A DNA stretch of 64,000 nt from an uncultured Clostridia bacterium. Lineage in GTDB: Bacteria; Bacillota; Clostridia; TANB77; CAG-508. Shown one piece after another: positions 20,790 through 30,391 of the stretch (position 1 is the stretch's first letter; each line of letters starts with the position of its first letter). The notes beneath the pieces were generated by a model. That model did no database searches. It saw only the letters and a list, made by a program, of their open reading frames with translations, and was not told where the DNA came from. The DNA lies in NCBI GenBank assembly GCA_934169725.1, contig CAKPOF010000003.1, positions 112,637-176,636 of the forward strand, read 5' to 3'. A program made the position numbers and the translations under genes.

Positions 20790-21941
20790 ATGTCAGAAAG
20801 ATTTGTTTTAAATGAAACATCATATTTTGGAAAGGGAGCAAGAGAAGAACTTGCTGGAGAAATAAAAAAAAGAGGATTTAAAAAAGTATTTTTAGTAAGT
20901 GATAAATCATTAGTAGAAGCTGGAGTAACAAGCAAAGTTGAGGAAGTTCTAAAAAATGCTGGTATACCATATGATCTATATGATGAAATAAAACCAAATC
21001 CAACAATAAAAAATGTAACAGATGGTGTACAAGCTTGTAAAAATTCAGGAGCAGATGTAATTGTTGCTGTAGGTGGAGGATCAAGTATTGATACTTCTAA
21101 AGGAATATCAATAGTTATGACAAACCCAGATAGAGCAGATATAAAATCATTAAATGGGGTATCAAACACAGTAAATAGAGGTATGCCTATAATAGCACTT
21201 CCAACAACAGCAGGAACAGCTGCAGAAGTTACAATAAATTATGTTATAACAGATGAAGAAGCAGAAATAAAGATGGTATGTGTTGATCCTAACGATATTC
21301 CAATCTTAGCTATAGTTGATTCAGAATTAATGGCATCTATGCCAAAAGGATTAGCTGCAGCTACTGGAATGGATGCATTAACACATGCATTAGAAGGATA
21401 TATAACATTAGCACATAATGAAATGTCAGATATGTTTCATATTAAAGCAATGAAAATGATTTTTAAATATTTAGCAGAAGCTGTAAATGATAAAGACCCA
21501 GAAGCAGTAGAAAAAATGGGAATGGCTCAATATATAGCAGGTATGGGATTTTCAAATGTTGGTTTAGGAATATGCCATTCTATGGCACACCAATTAGGTG
21601 CTGTATATGATACACCACATGGAATTGCTAATGCTATGTTATTACCATTAGTATTAGAATACAATGGAGAAGTTTGCTATGAAAGATATAGAGAAATTTT
21701 AAAAGAATTAGGATATCCAGCAGAAAGATATACTAAAGAAGAAGTTATAAAAACATTGGTAAATAAAGTAAAAGACTTATCAGAAGAAGTTGGAATTACT
21801 ACAACAATAAAAGATTATGGAGCTAAAGAAGAAGATTTTGAAATGCTTGCAGAAAAAGCAATGAAAGATCCATGTAAACCAGGTAATCCAAGAGAAACAA
21901 ACAAAGAAGAATTTATTGAATTATTTAGAAAAGCAATGTAA
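20790..21941 (+). CDS. Iron-containing alcohol dehydrogenase (FucO/DhaT-like)
   Basis: GGGSSIDTSK motif and metal-binding His residues (HALE, CHSMAHQLG). Confidence 0.88.
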   Translation: MSERFVLNETSYFGKGAREELAGEIKKRGFKKVFLVSDKSLVEAGVTSKVEEVLKNAGIPYDLYDEIKPNPTIKNVTDGVQACKNSGADVIVAVGGGSSIDTSKGISIVMTNPDRADIKSLNGVSNTVNRGMPIIALPTTAGTAAEVTINYVITDEEAEIKMVCVDPNDIPILAIVDSELMASMPKGLAAATGMDALTHALEGYITLAHNEMSDMFHIKAMKMIFKYLAEAVNDKDPEAVEKMGMAQYIAGMGFSNVGLGICHSMAHQLGAVYDTPHGIANAMLLPLVLEYNGEVCYERYREILKELGYPAERYTKEEVIKTLVNKVKDLSEEVGITTTIKDYGAKEEDFEMLAEKAMKDPCKPGNPRETNKEEFIELFRKAM

Positions 21942-22064
21942 TAAAAATCTCAAAATGCACATATTAAGTCAATTTGGTACAATCCTGATGAAGTGAAAAA
22001 CACAACACAAATAATTTCGGATTCTATGGACAAAATTAGTAAAAGGATGTATAATGTATAACAT

Positions 22065-22345
22065 ATAAAACATAAAATAATTTTAATAAATAAAAACGAA
22101 GAAAAAGAGAAGTACATTTAAAACTAATTTAAAGAGAATAGAAGTCGATGGCTGTGAGCTTCTAAAATAAAGATAAATGGAAAGTAACTTTAGAGTTGAT
22201 AATCCGAAAATAAACTTAAGATTATCCGTAATACTGCGTTAAAGTAAAAAGAGATATCATCTAATTAATTAGATGATAATTAAGGTGGTACCGTGAGAAT
22301 AGCTCGCCCTTATGCTTAGTAAATAGCATATTGGCGAGTTTTTAT
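22065..22345 (+). promoter_or_regulatory. T-box riboswitch leader, probably valine-specific, with an intrinsic terminator
   Basis: T-box sequence aattaaggtggtaccgtg at 22277-22294. Terminator ctcgcc...ggcgag plus a T-run at about 22301-22345. Candidate specifier codons GUA (22183-85) and GUC (22143-45). Upstream promoter tggaca-N17-tataat at about 22029-22058. Confidence 0.8.
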
Positions 22346-22376
22346 ATATTTGTTCTATATTAGGAGGGATGAAAAA

Positions 22377-23231
22377 ATGTTAAAAATACAGACAAAAAAA
22401 CTAGGAGCTGAGCTAACTAGTATACAATGTAATGGCAAAGAGATGTTGTTTCAAGGCAAAGAAATATTAGATGATACGGGGAATCCATATTGGAAAAGAC
22501 AAGCACCCATATTGTTTCCAATTGTTGGTCAACTAAAGGATTCAAAAACTCAAATAGATGGAAATTTATACGAGATGACACAACATGGATTTGCAAGAGA
22601 TATGGAGTTTGAAGAGGTATCAAAATCAGAAAATAAACATCATTATGTATTAAAATATAATGAAGATACATTAAAACGATATCCTTATAAATTTGAATTG
22701 CACATTATATATGAAATTGTTGAAAATACATTAATAGTAAAATATGAAGTAAAAAATATAGATGACAAGACAATATATTTTGGATTAGGAGGTCATCCAG
22801 CATTTAACTGTGCTTATAGCAATGAGGAATATGAAATTGTATTTCCACAAGAAGAAAATATTGAATTTTTAAAATTAAAAAATGGATTAGTGGATACAGA
22901 AAAAGCTCAAAATATTTTAGTAGATAAAAAAATTCATTTGAAAGAAGATACATTTGATAATGATGCAGTAATAATGAAAAATATAAAGTCAAATACAATA
23001 ATATTGCAAAATAAAAAAACAAATAAAAAAATATTAGAATTTGATTTTACAGGATTTCCATATTTGGCATTATGGTCAAAAAGAGGAGCCCCATTTGTCT
23101 GCATTGAACCATGGCAAAATACAGCAGATAGAATTGATAGTACACAAGTTTATAAAGATAAAGAAAATATTATTAAACTAGAAAAAAATAATATGTTTGA
23201 ATGTAAATATTCAATTAAATTTTATGATTAA
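22377..23231 (+). CDS. Aldose 1-epimerase family protein (galactose mutarotase-like)
   Basis: WKRQAPILFPIVGQL...HGFAR motifs. The start is placed at the ATG after the RBS aggaggg. Confidence 0.7.
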   Translation: MLKIQTKKLGAELTSIQCNGKEMLFQGKEILDDTGNPYWKRQAPILFPIVGQLKDSKTQIDGNLYEMTQHGFARDMEFEEVSKSENKHHYVLKYNEDTLKRYPYKFELHIIYEIVENTLIVKYEVKNIDDKTIYFGLGGHPAFNCAYSNEEYEIVFPQEENIEFLKLKNGLVDTEKAQNILVDKKIHLKEDTFDNDAVIMKNIKSNTIILQNKKTNKKILEFDFTGFPYLALWSKRGAPFVCIEPWQNTADRIDSTQVYKDKENIIKLEKNNMFECKYSIKFYD

Positions 23232-23244
23232 GGAGGATTATTTT

Positions 23245-25917
23245 ATGAGTGAAAAATTAAGTAATAAATATAACCCACAGGAATTTGAAGAAAAATTATA
23301 TCAAGAATGGGAAGAAAAAGGCTATTTTAAACCAAGCATGGACAAAACAAAAGAAAGTTTTTGTATTATGATGCCACCACCAAATGTAACAGGTAAATTA
23401 CACATGGGGCATGCATTAGATGATACAATTCAAGATATATTAATTCGTTTCAAAAGAATGCAAGGATATAATACTTTATGGTTGCCAGGTAGTGATCATG
23501 CGGCGATTTCTACAGAAATGAAAGTAGTTGAAAAATTAAGAAATGAAGGAAAAACAAAACAAGAATTAGGAAGAGAAAAATTTTTAGAAGAAGCATGGGA
23601 ATGGACTAAACTTTATGGTGGTACTATAGAAATGCAACAAAAAAAATTAGGATGTTCTTGTGATTGGGAAAGAAGAAGATTTACATTAGATGAAGGTTTA
23701 TCAGATGCGGTATTAGAACAATTTGTTGATTTATATAAAAAAGGTTTAATATATAAAGGAACAAGAATGATAAATTATTGCCCAAATTGTAAAACTTCAA
23801 TATCAGATGCAGAAGTAGAATATAAAGAAGAAGCTTCTCATTTATGGCATATTAGATACAAAGTATCTGGTGAAGAAAATAGATATATTATTGTTGCAAC
23901 AACAAGACCTGAAACAATGCTGGGAGATACGGCTGTTGCTGTCCATCCAGAAGATGATAGATATAAGGATTTAGTTGGAAAAACATGTATATTACCAATT
24001 ATGAACAAAGAAATTCCTATTATAGCAGATAAGTTTGTTGAAAAAGAATTTGGGACAGGTTGTGTTAAAATCACACCTGCACATGATATAAACGATTATC
24101 AAGCTGGATTAAGACATAATCTTGAAATTATAGAAGTTTTTGACGAAAACAATAAGATGAAAGATTTAGTTCCTGAGTATAAAGGAATGGATATATTAGA
24201 AGCAAGAAATTTAATTGTAAAAAAATTAGATGAATTAGGAGATTTAGTAAAAACAGAAGATTATACACATAATGTCGGAAAATGTGAAAGATGTAAAACA
24301 ACAATAGAACCTAAAATATCAGAGCAATGGTTTGTATCAATGAAACAATTAGCACAAAGAGCAGCTGATTCTGTAAGAAATGAAGAAGCTAAATTTATAC
24401 CAAAAAAATACGAAAAGCAATATTTTAACTGGTTAGATAATATTCAAGATTGGTGTATCTCTAGACAATTGTGGTGGGGACATCAAATACCTGCGTATTA
24501 TTGTGATGAATGTGGACATATAAATGTTGATAAAAAAGCACCAGAAAAATGCGAAAAATGTGGAAGCACTAAATTACATCAAGATCCAGATACATTAGAC
24601 ACTTGGTTTAGTTCAGCATTATGGCCATTTTCAACACTAGGTTGGCCAAATAAAGAATCAGAGGATTATAAAATGTTTTATCCTACAAATGTATTGGTAA
24701 CAGGGTTTGATATTATTACATTCTGGGTATCAAGAATGATGTCACAAGGATTGGAATTCACAGGAAAAGCACCATTTAAAGATATATTGATACATGGTAT
24801 GGTACGTGATAGCCAAGGAAGAAAAATGTCAAAAACTCTAGGAAATGGAATAGACCCAATTGAAATAATAGATAAATATGGAGCTGATAGTTTAAGATTT
24901 GCTGTTATTTCAGGAACAACAATGGGAAATGATATAAGATATATGCCAGAAAAATTAGAACAAGCGTCAAATTTTGCTAACAAAATATGGAATGCTACAA
25001 AATTCATAAGAAACAATGATGTAAAAGATGAAGACATTGTTAATTTCCATAAAAAAGTCTATAATAATGGCAAATATAAATCAGAATTATTAAATATAGA
25101 AGATAAATGGATTATAACTAAAATAGAAAAACTAATTGTAGAAGTTACTAACAATATTGAAAATTATGATTTAGGTGTTGCGTTAGATAAAATTTATAAC
25201 TTCATTTGGAATGAGTTTTGCGATTGGTATATAGAAATGGTAAAAACAAGATTATATAGTGAAGATTATCAAGAAAAAGTAAAAGTATCGTATATGTTAA
25301 ATTATGAATTTAGTATATTAATGAAATTATTACATCCTTTTATGCCATTTGTTACGACAGAAATATATAGAAATTTAGTTAAATATGATGATAAAGATTT
25401 AATCATTTCTGAATGGCCTAAATCAAATAATCAAGATTTTTCAAAAGATTTTGAATTTGTAGAAAGATTAAAAAGAATTATTACTGAAATAAGAAATACA
25501 AGAGCTAATATGAATGTACATCCATCAAAAAAAGCAAATTTAATTTTTGTTACAAAAGAGTATGATAATCAACTAAATGAAGCCAAGGAATTTTTATTAA
25601 AACTTGGATTTGGAAACAAAATAATTATTCAAAATGATAAAACAGGAATTAAAGATAATGCTATTAGTATAGTAGAGGATGGAATAGAACTATATATGCC
25701 GTTTGAAGGATTGGTTGATATAGAGCAAGAAATAAAAAGATTAGAAGAGGAAAAGAAAAAATTAGAGGGTGAAGTAGCAAGATGTGAAAAAATGTTATCA
25801 AACCCTGGTTTTATGAATAAAGCACCACAAAATAAGATTGATGAAGAAAAAGGAAAATTAAATAAGTATCAACAGATGTTAGAAAAAATAAATGAAAATT
25901 TGAGAAAAATTTCATAA
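23245..25917 (+). CDS. valS: Valyl-tRNA synthetase
   Basis: HMGH motif, KMSKT motif and a C-terminal coiled coil. RBS aaggagga. The listed upstream extension to 23197 overlaps the preceding gene and is rejected. Confidence 0.93.
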   Translation: MSEKLSNKYNPQEFEEKLYQEWEEKGYFKPSMDKTKESFCIMMPPPNVTGKLHMGHALDDTIQDILIRFKRMQGYNTLWLPGSDHAAISTEMKVVEKLRNEGKTKQELGREKFLEEAWEWTKLYGGTIEMQQKKLGCSCDWERRRFTLDEGLSDAVLEQFVDLYKKGLIYKGTRMINYCPNCKTSISDAEVEYKEEASHLWHIRYKVSGEENRYIIVATTRPETMLGDTAVAVHPEDDRYKDLVGKTCILPIMNKEIPIIADKFVEKEFGTGCVKITPAHDINDYQAGLRHNLEIIEVFDENNKMKDLVPEYKGMDILEARNLIVKKLDELGDLVKTEDYTHNVGKCERCKTTIEPKISEQWFVSMKQLAQRAADSVRNEEAKFIPKKYEKQYFNWLDNIQDWCISRQLWWGHQIPAYYCDECGHINVDKKAPEKCEKCGSTKLHQDPDTLDTWFSSALWPFSTLGWPNKESEDYKMFYPTNVLVTGFDIITFWVSRMMSQGLEFTGKAPFKDILIHGMVRDSQGRKMSKTLGNGIDPIEIIDKYGADSLRFAVISGTTMGNDIRYMPEKLEQASNFANKIWNATKFIRNNDVKDEDIVNFHKKVYNNGKYKSELLNIEDKWIITKIEKLIVEVTNNIENYDLGVALDKIYNFIWNEFCDWYIEMVKTRLYSEDYQEKVKVSYMLNYEFSILMKLLHPFMPFVTTEIYRNLVKYDDKDLIISEWPKSNNQDFSKDFEFVERLKRIITEIRNTRANMNVHPSKKANLIFVTKEYDNQLNEAKEFLLKLGFGNKIIIQNDKTGIKDNAISIVEDGIELYMPFEGLVDIEQEIKRLEEEKKKLEGEVARCEKMLSNPGFMNKAPQNKIDEEKGKLNKYQQMLEKINENLRKIS

Positions 25918-25995
25918 TAAAGCAAATTTAATTATGATGTTTAATATAAATTCGTCAAGAGGCATAAAAATTTCATAATTATAAACTGGAAAAAA

Positions 25996-26024
25996 TTGAA
26001 AATTTACATAAAATGTGATATAAT
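25996..26024 (+). promoter_or_regulatory. Near-consensus sigma-A promoter (TTGAAA-N17-TGaTATAAT)
   Basis: -35 box at 25996-26001, 17-nt spacer, extended -10 box at 26016-26024. Confidence 0.6.
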
Positions 26025-26067
26025 ATAAGATGTAACCAGTAAAAACTGTTATAGAAAGGAGTGGACG

Positions 26068-27042
26068 TTGAAATTTACTAAGAAGACGGCCGACCAACTT
26101 GGAGTAGTAAAACTTCCATCGAGTAACAATGTTGTAATGTTTAATTGTATAAGATTAACAATAGCTGTAGTATCTGTAACAACAGTAATATATAGTTATG
26201 TTAGGCATGAAAGATTGAAAGAACAATTAAGCAGTTTACAAAACCAGTTAACGAGAGAAGAAATGATTGCATCTTCTTTGTATCGGGATTTAAATTCTGA
26301 TGTCGATACTACAGGAGAGCATCAAAAAACTGCTCAAGAAAATTCTTGCAAAGCTTTAAATGCTAAGGTGTGTAGTGATGCTAATCGCTATAATAATAAA
26401 GCACAAAAAGCAATAAAGAGTTATAATATAACTTTTAGAAAATTGCAAGAAGAGTTACCAGCGTATAAGAAACGCTATGATAAATGTAGTACCTTAGAAA
26501 AGAAAATTAGACAAATTCAAAAAGAATTGAATTTGGATGAAGAAAGTTTTTCAGAAGTTACTATAAACAATTATAGTAAATTGGAATTAAAAGTAAATTT
26601 GATTTCAAAAAAAGATACGATGGTAAAATTAAAAGTGCAAAAAGCACAGAAATATGCGAATGCACTTTATGATGAATATTATCGATTAATGCTGTTGATA
26701 GTAACTGGAGAATGTGGAGACACATATTATCCTAGTATTGACCAATATTATGTTATGAACGTAATAGAGAATAGGATAAAAAGTAAATATTATCCAGATA
26801 CAGTAAGAGAGGTAATATTCCAACCTGGGCAATATCAGCCTACGTGGGATGGTTCTTGGAGTAAAACTCCAAACAATAGAACCAAGAAAAATGTAAAAAA
26901 ATATTTAAGAGGAAAGATTGAAACAGATATGCCAGAAAATGTGGTTTATCAAGCAATGTTTACTCAAGGGGACTATGTTTGGAGACATGTTTCTAATCCT
27001 GTTGATAGTGGTCACTGGTATTGCGTACAGGCAACAAAATAA
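26068..27042 (+). CDS. SleB/CwlJ-family cell-wall hydrolase (Hydrolase_2 domain) with an N-terminal transmembrane segment and a coiled-coil region
   Basis: C-terminal VMNVIENRIKSKYYPDTVREVIFQPGQYQP matches the SleB domain motif. TTG start with RBS aaaggagtgg. Confidence 0.7.
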   Translation: MKFTKKTADQLGVVKLPSSNNVVMFNCIRLTIAVVSVTTVIYSYVRHERLKEQLSSLQNQLTREEMIASSLYRDLNSDVDTTGEHQKTAQENSCKALNAKVCSDANRYNNKAQKAIKSYNITFRKLQEELPAYKKRYDKCSTLEKKIRQIQKELNLDEESFSEVTINNYSKLELKVNLISKKDTMVKLKVQKAQKYANALYDEYYRLMLLIVTGECGDTYYPSIDQYYVMNVIENRIKSKYYPDTVREVIFQPGQYQPTWDGSWSKTPNNRTKKNVKKYLRGKIETDMPENVVYQAMFTQGDYVWRHVSNPVDSGHWYCVQATK

Positions 27043-27066
27043 GGGGATTTTCCCCTTATTTTGTTT
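27041..27066. terminator. Bidirectional terminator hairpin aaggggaTTTTcccctt
   Basis: Perfect hairpin between convergent genes, with T/A runs on both sides. Confidence 0.8.
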
Positions 27067-27085
27067 TGTAGATATAAAAATTTAT

Positions 27086-27940
27086 TTAATTTATTAAATT
27101 ATAAAAATTTTCGAAAGTATATCCTTCATTTTTTAAATAATTAATAGAATCAGCCAATACATTGTAAGAACTATTTACATCAGAAGTATCATGCATTAAA
27201 ATTACCAACGTACCTTTATTTTTAGATGATTTTTTTAAATTATTTAATAGTTGATTATTAGAATATTTTCTTTCTGAATCTCGATTTAAACAATTCCAAT
27301 CAATATATGTATAATTCATATCTACAAGTAATTTTGCAGCTTCTTTTTTCTTTGATTTATTATTAGGGGACATATATCCATTAGGAAAACGAAAAACATG
27401 AGATGAATAGTTTTTAATTCCAATAGCGGTGCCTATTTCTATATCTGTATTCTTAATTTCGTTTATAAAATTTTCAGGACTTGAATATAAAGTTTTATTA
27501 TTATGATCATATCCATGATTAGCAATAAAATGTCCTTCATCAAATGCACGTTTAACAAGATCTGGATGATTTTTTACATACTTACCAATAACAAAAAATG
27601 ATGCTTTAACGTTTTCTTGTGCTAAGATATCAAGAATTTTAGGTGTTGATTTTAATGTAGGTCCATCATCAAATGTCAAATATGCTACTTTTTCTTTATT
27701 ATTTGTAAGATTAGAAATTTTTTCAAAAAAACTTGATTGTATTGTGGGACTCAAATTTGTAAAAAAATCTAAATTATTATAATTAATAACGCTTGATGTA
27801 ATCATAAGCTTAGAATTTTGGGGATTATCACTTAATGTATTAATAACAAAAATATTATTAAATAATGAAAGAGCAATAATACAAAATAAAATAGAAAATG
27901 TAATAAAAAAATATTTTTTTCTAAAAAATATGAAATGCAT
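27086..27940 (-). CDS. Polysaccharide deacetylase (NodB-type; PdaA-like)
   Basis: TFDDGP motif and HGYDH. N-terminal signal/anchor. Confidence 0.85.
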   Translation of the reverse strand: MHFIFFRKKYFFITFSILFCIIALSLFNNIFVINTLSDNPQNSKLMITSSVINYNNLDFFTNLSPTIQSSFFEKISNLTNNKEKVAYLTFDDGPTLKSTPKILDILAQENVKASFFVIGKYVKNHPDLVKRAFDEGHFIANHGYDHNNKTLYSSPENFINEIKNTDIEIGTAIGIKNYSSHVFRFPNGYMSPNNKSKKKEAAKLLVDMNYTYIDWNCLNRDSERKYSNNQLLNNLKKSSKNKGTLVILMHDTSDVNSSYNVLADSINYLKNEGYTFENFYNLIN

Positions 27941-27953
27941 ATAATCACCTTTA

Positions 27954-29227
27954 TTATCTTAATAAATTAAACCAGTTAGAGTATATTTTTCTGCTCATAG
28001 AGACAACATTAATTTTATCAACTGAAATTTGTGAAACTAAATTTACAGATAATAATATATTACCATCCAATGAAAAAGAAATTTCGCCAACTTTTTCACC
28101 AGCAGAAATAGGAGCAGATATATTTTTATTTAATGTAATAGTTTGTTCAATATTTTTTTCATTTCCTTTTGCAAGAAGTACTCCTGCATCTTTTTCAAGA
28201 ACTATAGGTATATCTGAACTTATACCTTTGCTAATATTTAAAGATTGAATTATATCTCCGTTTTTTTCCGAAAGCTTTGATAAGAAAATGTATTGAAACC
28301 ATAATCTAATAATTTTTCTGCTTCAGCAAATCTAATTTTTGTGGATGGAGCTTTCATAACAACAGCTATAAGAGACAGATTATTTCTTGTTGCACTTGCT
28401 GATAAGTTATATAAAGCTAATGAAGTTGAACCAGTTTTTAATCCAGTAGCACCACTATAATTCTTTATTAATTTATTAGTATTAGAAAGTTGTGTTTTTC
28501 CATCTCTTAAGGTATCCATCCAAATTGTTGTATAATTTGTTATATTGGGATGTTTAGTTAATAATTCTCTAGACATTATAGCAATATCATAACTAGAAGA
28601 AACATGGTCATCTTCATCTAAACCATGGCAATTTTTAAAATGTGTATCACTCATTCCTAATTCATAAGCTTTATCATTCATCATTTGAACAAATGCGTCT
28701 TCAGAACCAGCAATAAATTCAGCCATAGCAACGACACAATCATTTGCAGAGTTTACACAAATAGCTTTTAACATATCATCTACAGTTAAAGATTCTTTGG
28801 TATCTAACCAAATTTGAGATCCACCCATAGAAGCTGCATTTTCACTACAAGGAACTTTATCTGTTAAAGCAATTTTTCCAGATTCTATAGATTCCATTAT
28901 TAATAAAATACTCATAACTTTAGTTACAGAAGCAGGCCTTAATTTTTCATGTACATTATGAGAATACAATACTTGACCAGTAGATTGCTCTATTAAGATA
29001 GCTGATGCAGATTCTAGACCTAAAGAATTAGATGTGTCTGTAGATGTTTCGGCCGTAGTTGGAATAACATCTGGGTTAGTAGTCCACTCATATGAATTTA
29101 AAGCATAAGATGAGAGAGAATATAGAAATAAAAATTGAAATACGGTAAATATAGAAAGAAAAGATAATAACATTTTCATAAATAAATTTTTCATTAAAGT
29201 ACCTCCGATTGTTAGATTTTTATTCAA
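27954..29227 (-). pseudogene. D-alanyl-D-alanine carboxypeptidase (DacF/PBP5-like) interrupted by a -1 frameshift in a T7/A7 homopolymer (28251-28257)
   Basis: SVTK active site. The listed ORF stops at 28250, but the PBP5 C-terminal domain continues in another frame to 27954. Adding one A to the run restores a single reading frame of about 425 aa. Confidence 0.8.
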
Positions 29228-29313
29228 ATGTTAAAAAAATATGATAAATAAAATATATATTTTATTGTCACAATTCACAGTGTATGAAATAAATTCTTTT
29301 TAAAATTGATAAT

Positions 29314-29433
29314 ATATTGTTTTTTATACTTTGCTGTCGCAAACCACATATTAAAATTACTAGTATGTAGTTTGCTCCAATTCGCACTCACTATCGTTCG
29401 TTTGATCGCTTACGCGGTATTTCAAAACAATAT
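29314..29433 (+). repeat. Palindromic repeat family A, copy 2
   Basis: Nearly identical to copy 3. Internal hairpin gcaaac...gtttgc. Flank extension ttgataa/ttatcaa. Confidence 0.85.
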
Positions 29434-29576
29434 GTTATCAAATTTTTAAGTTAACTATTATAAACTATGAATTGTGGCTAATTAATTGTAAATGCTACTT
29501 ATTTTTATAAATTGGTTGAAAAAAATATTATTTTGAAATATAATAGCAATGATTTTAGTAGATGGGAGGAATACAA

Positions 29577-30296
29577 ATGCCAACATGGGCAATGCATTTA
29601 TTAACGGCCAAAAAAATATCAAAAAAAATAAATATAGACGCAAACTTATTTGAATTTGGAAATATATTACCAGATATACCAAATGGATATGTAATACAAA
29701 ATTTAGCACATCCTATATCTCATAAAAAAACACATTTTGAGGTAAATGTGTTAGTATTAGAACATATAGAAAAAAGATATAATTTAAAAAAATTTGCAGA
29801 AAAATATAAAAATATGTTTTCTAATCCACTAATGTTGGGATATTATACACATTTATTAACCGATTATTACTGGAATGCAAAAACATATGATGAATATGGT
29901 ATATTTGATGATGAGAAAAATAGAATAGGCTTAGTTTTAAATAACGGAGAAAAGTTAATATGTTCATCAGAAGAATCAAGAAAAATAAAAGTAAGAGATT
30001 TTATGATATATTCTGAATATATTTATGAAAATAAATTAATAGATAAATTAATATATGATAAGAAAATAAAGAAGTTTTTAAAACAAATAGAGTTTATAGA
30101 ATTAAATGTAGAAGAAATTAACAGGTCAATACAGCATGTAATGGATAATTATACAGGGAAAACTCAAATATTACCAGAAGGAATAAATAAAGATTATAAA
30201 TTATATAGTAAAGAACAAATAAGTGAGTCGATAGATGATTGTGTAATATTTATATTAAAAATGATAAAAAAACATGCAGAATATTTATTAAAATAA
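29577..30296 (+). CDS. Hypothetical protein. There is a weak resemblance to zinc-dependent phospholipase C-like / DUF4184 N-termini (MP.W..H)
   Basis: RBS ggaggaa. Function uncertain. Confidence 0.45.
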   Translation: MPTWAMHLLTAKKISKKINIDANLFEFGNILPDIPNGYVIQNLAHPISHKKTHFEVNVLVLEHIEKRYNLKKFAEKYKNMFSNPLMLGYYTHLLTDYYWNAKTYDEYGIFDDEKNRIGLVLNNGEKLICSSEESRKIKVRDFMIYSEYIYENKLIDKLIYDKKIKKFLKQIEFIELNVEEINRSIQHVMDNYTGKTQILPEGINKDYKLYSKEQISESIDDCVIFILKMIKKHAEYLLK

Positions 30297-30391
30297 CTGA
30301 AAATTCAAATTTTTATATTGAAAAAAAATAAAATAAAATGTATAATACAAATCAGCATAATACAAAAGTAAATCAAGAAAGGATACAGAAA

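Noticed and set aside
23197-23244. Upstream extension of valS to the ATG at 23197
   Set aside because: It overlaps the preceding gene. A strong RBS (aaggagga) precedes the ATG at 23245, and the canonical ValS N-terminus starts there.
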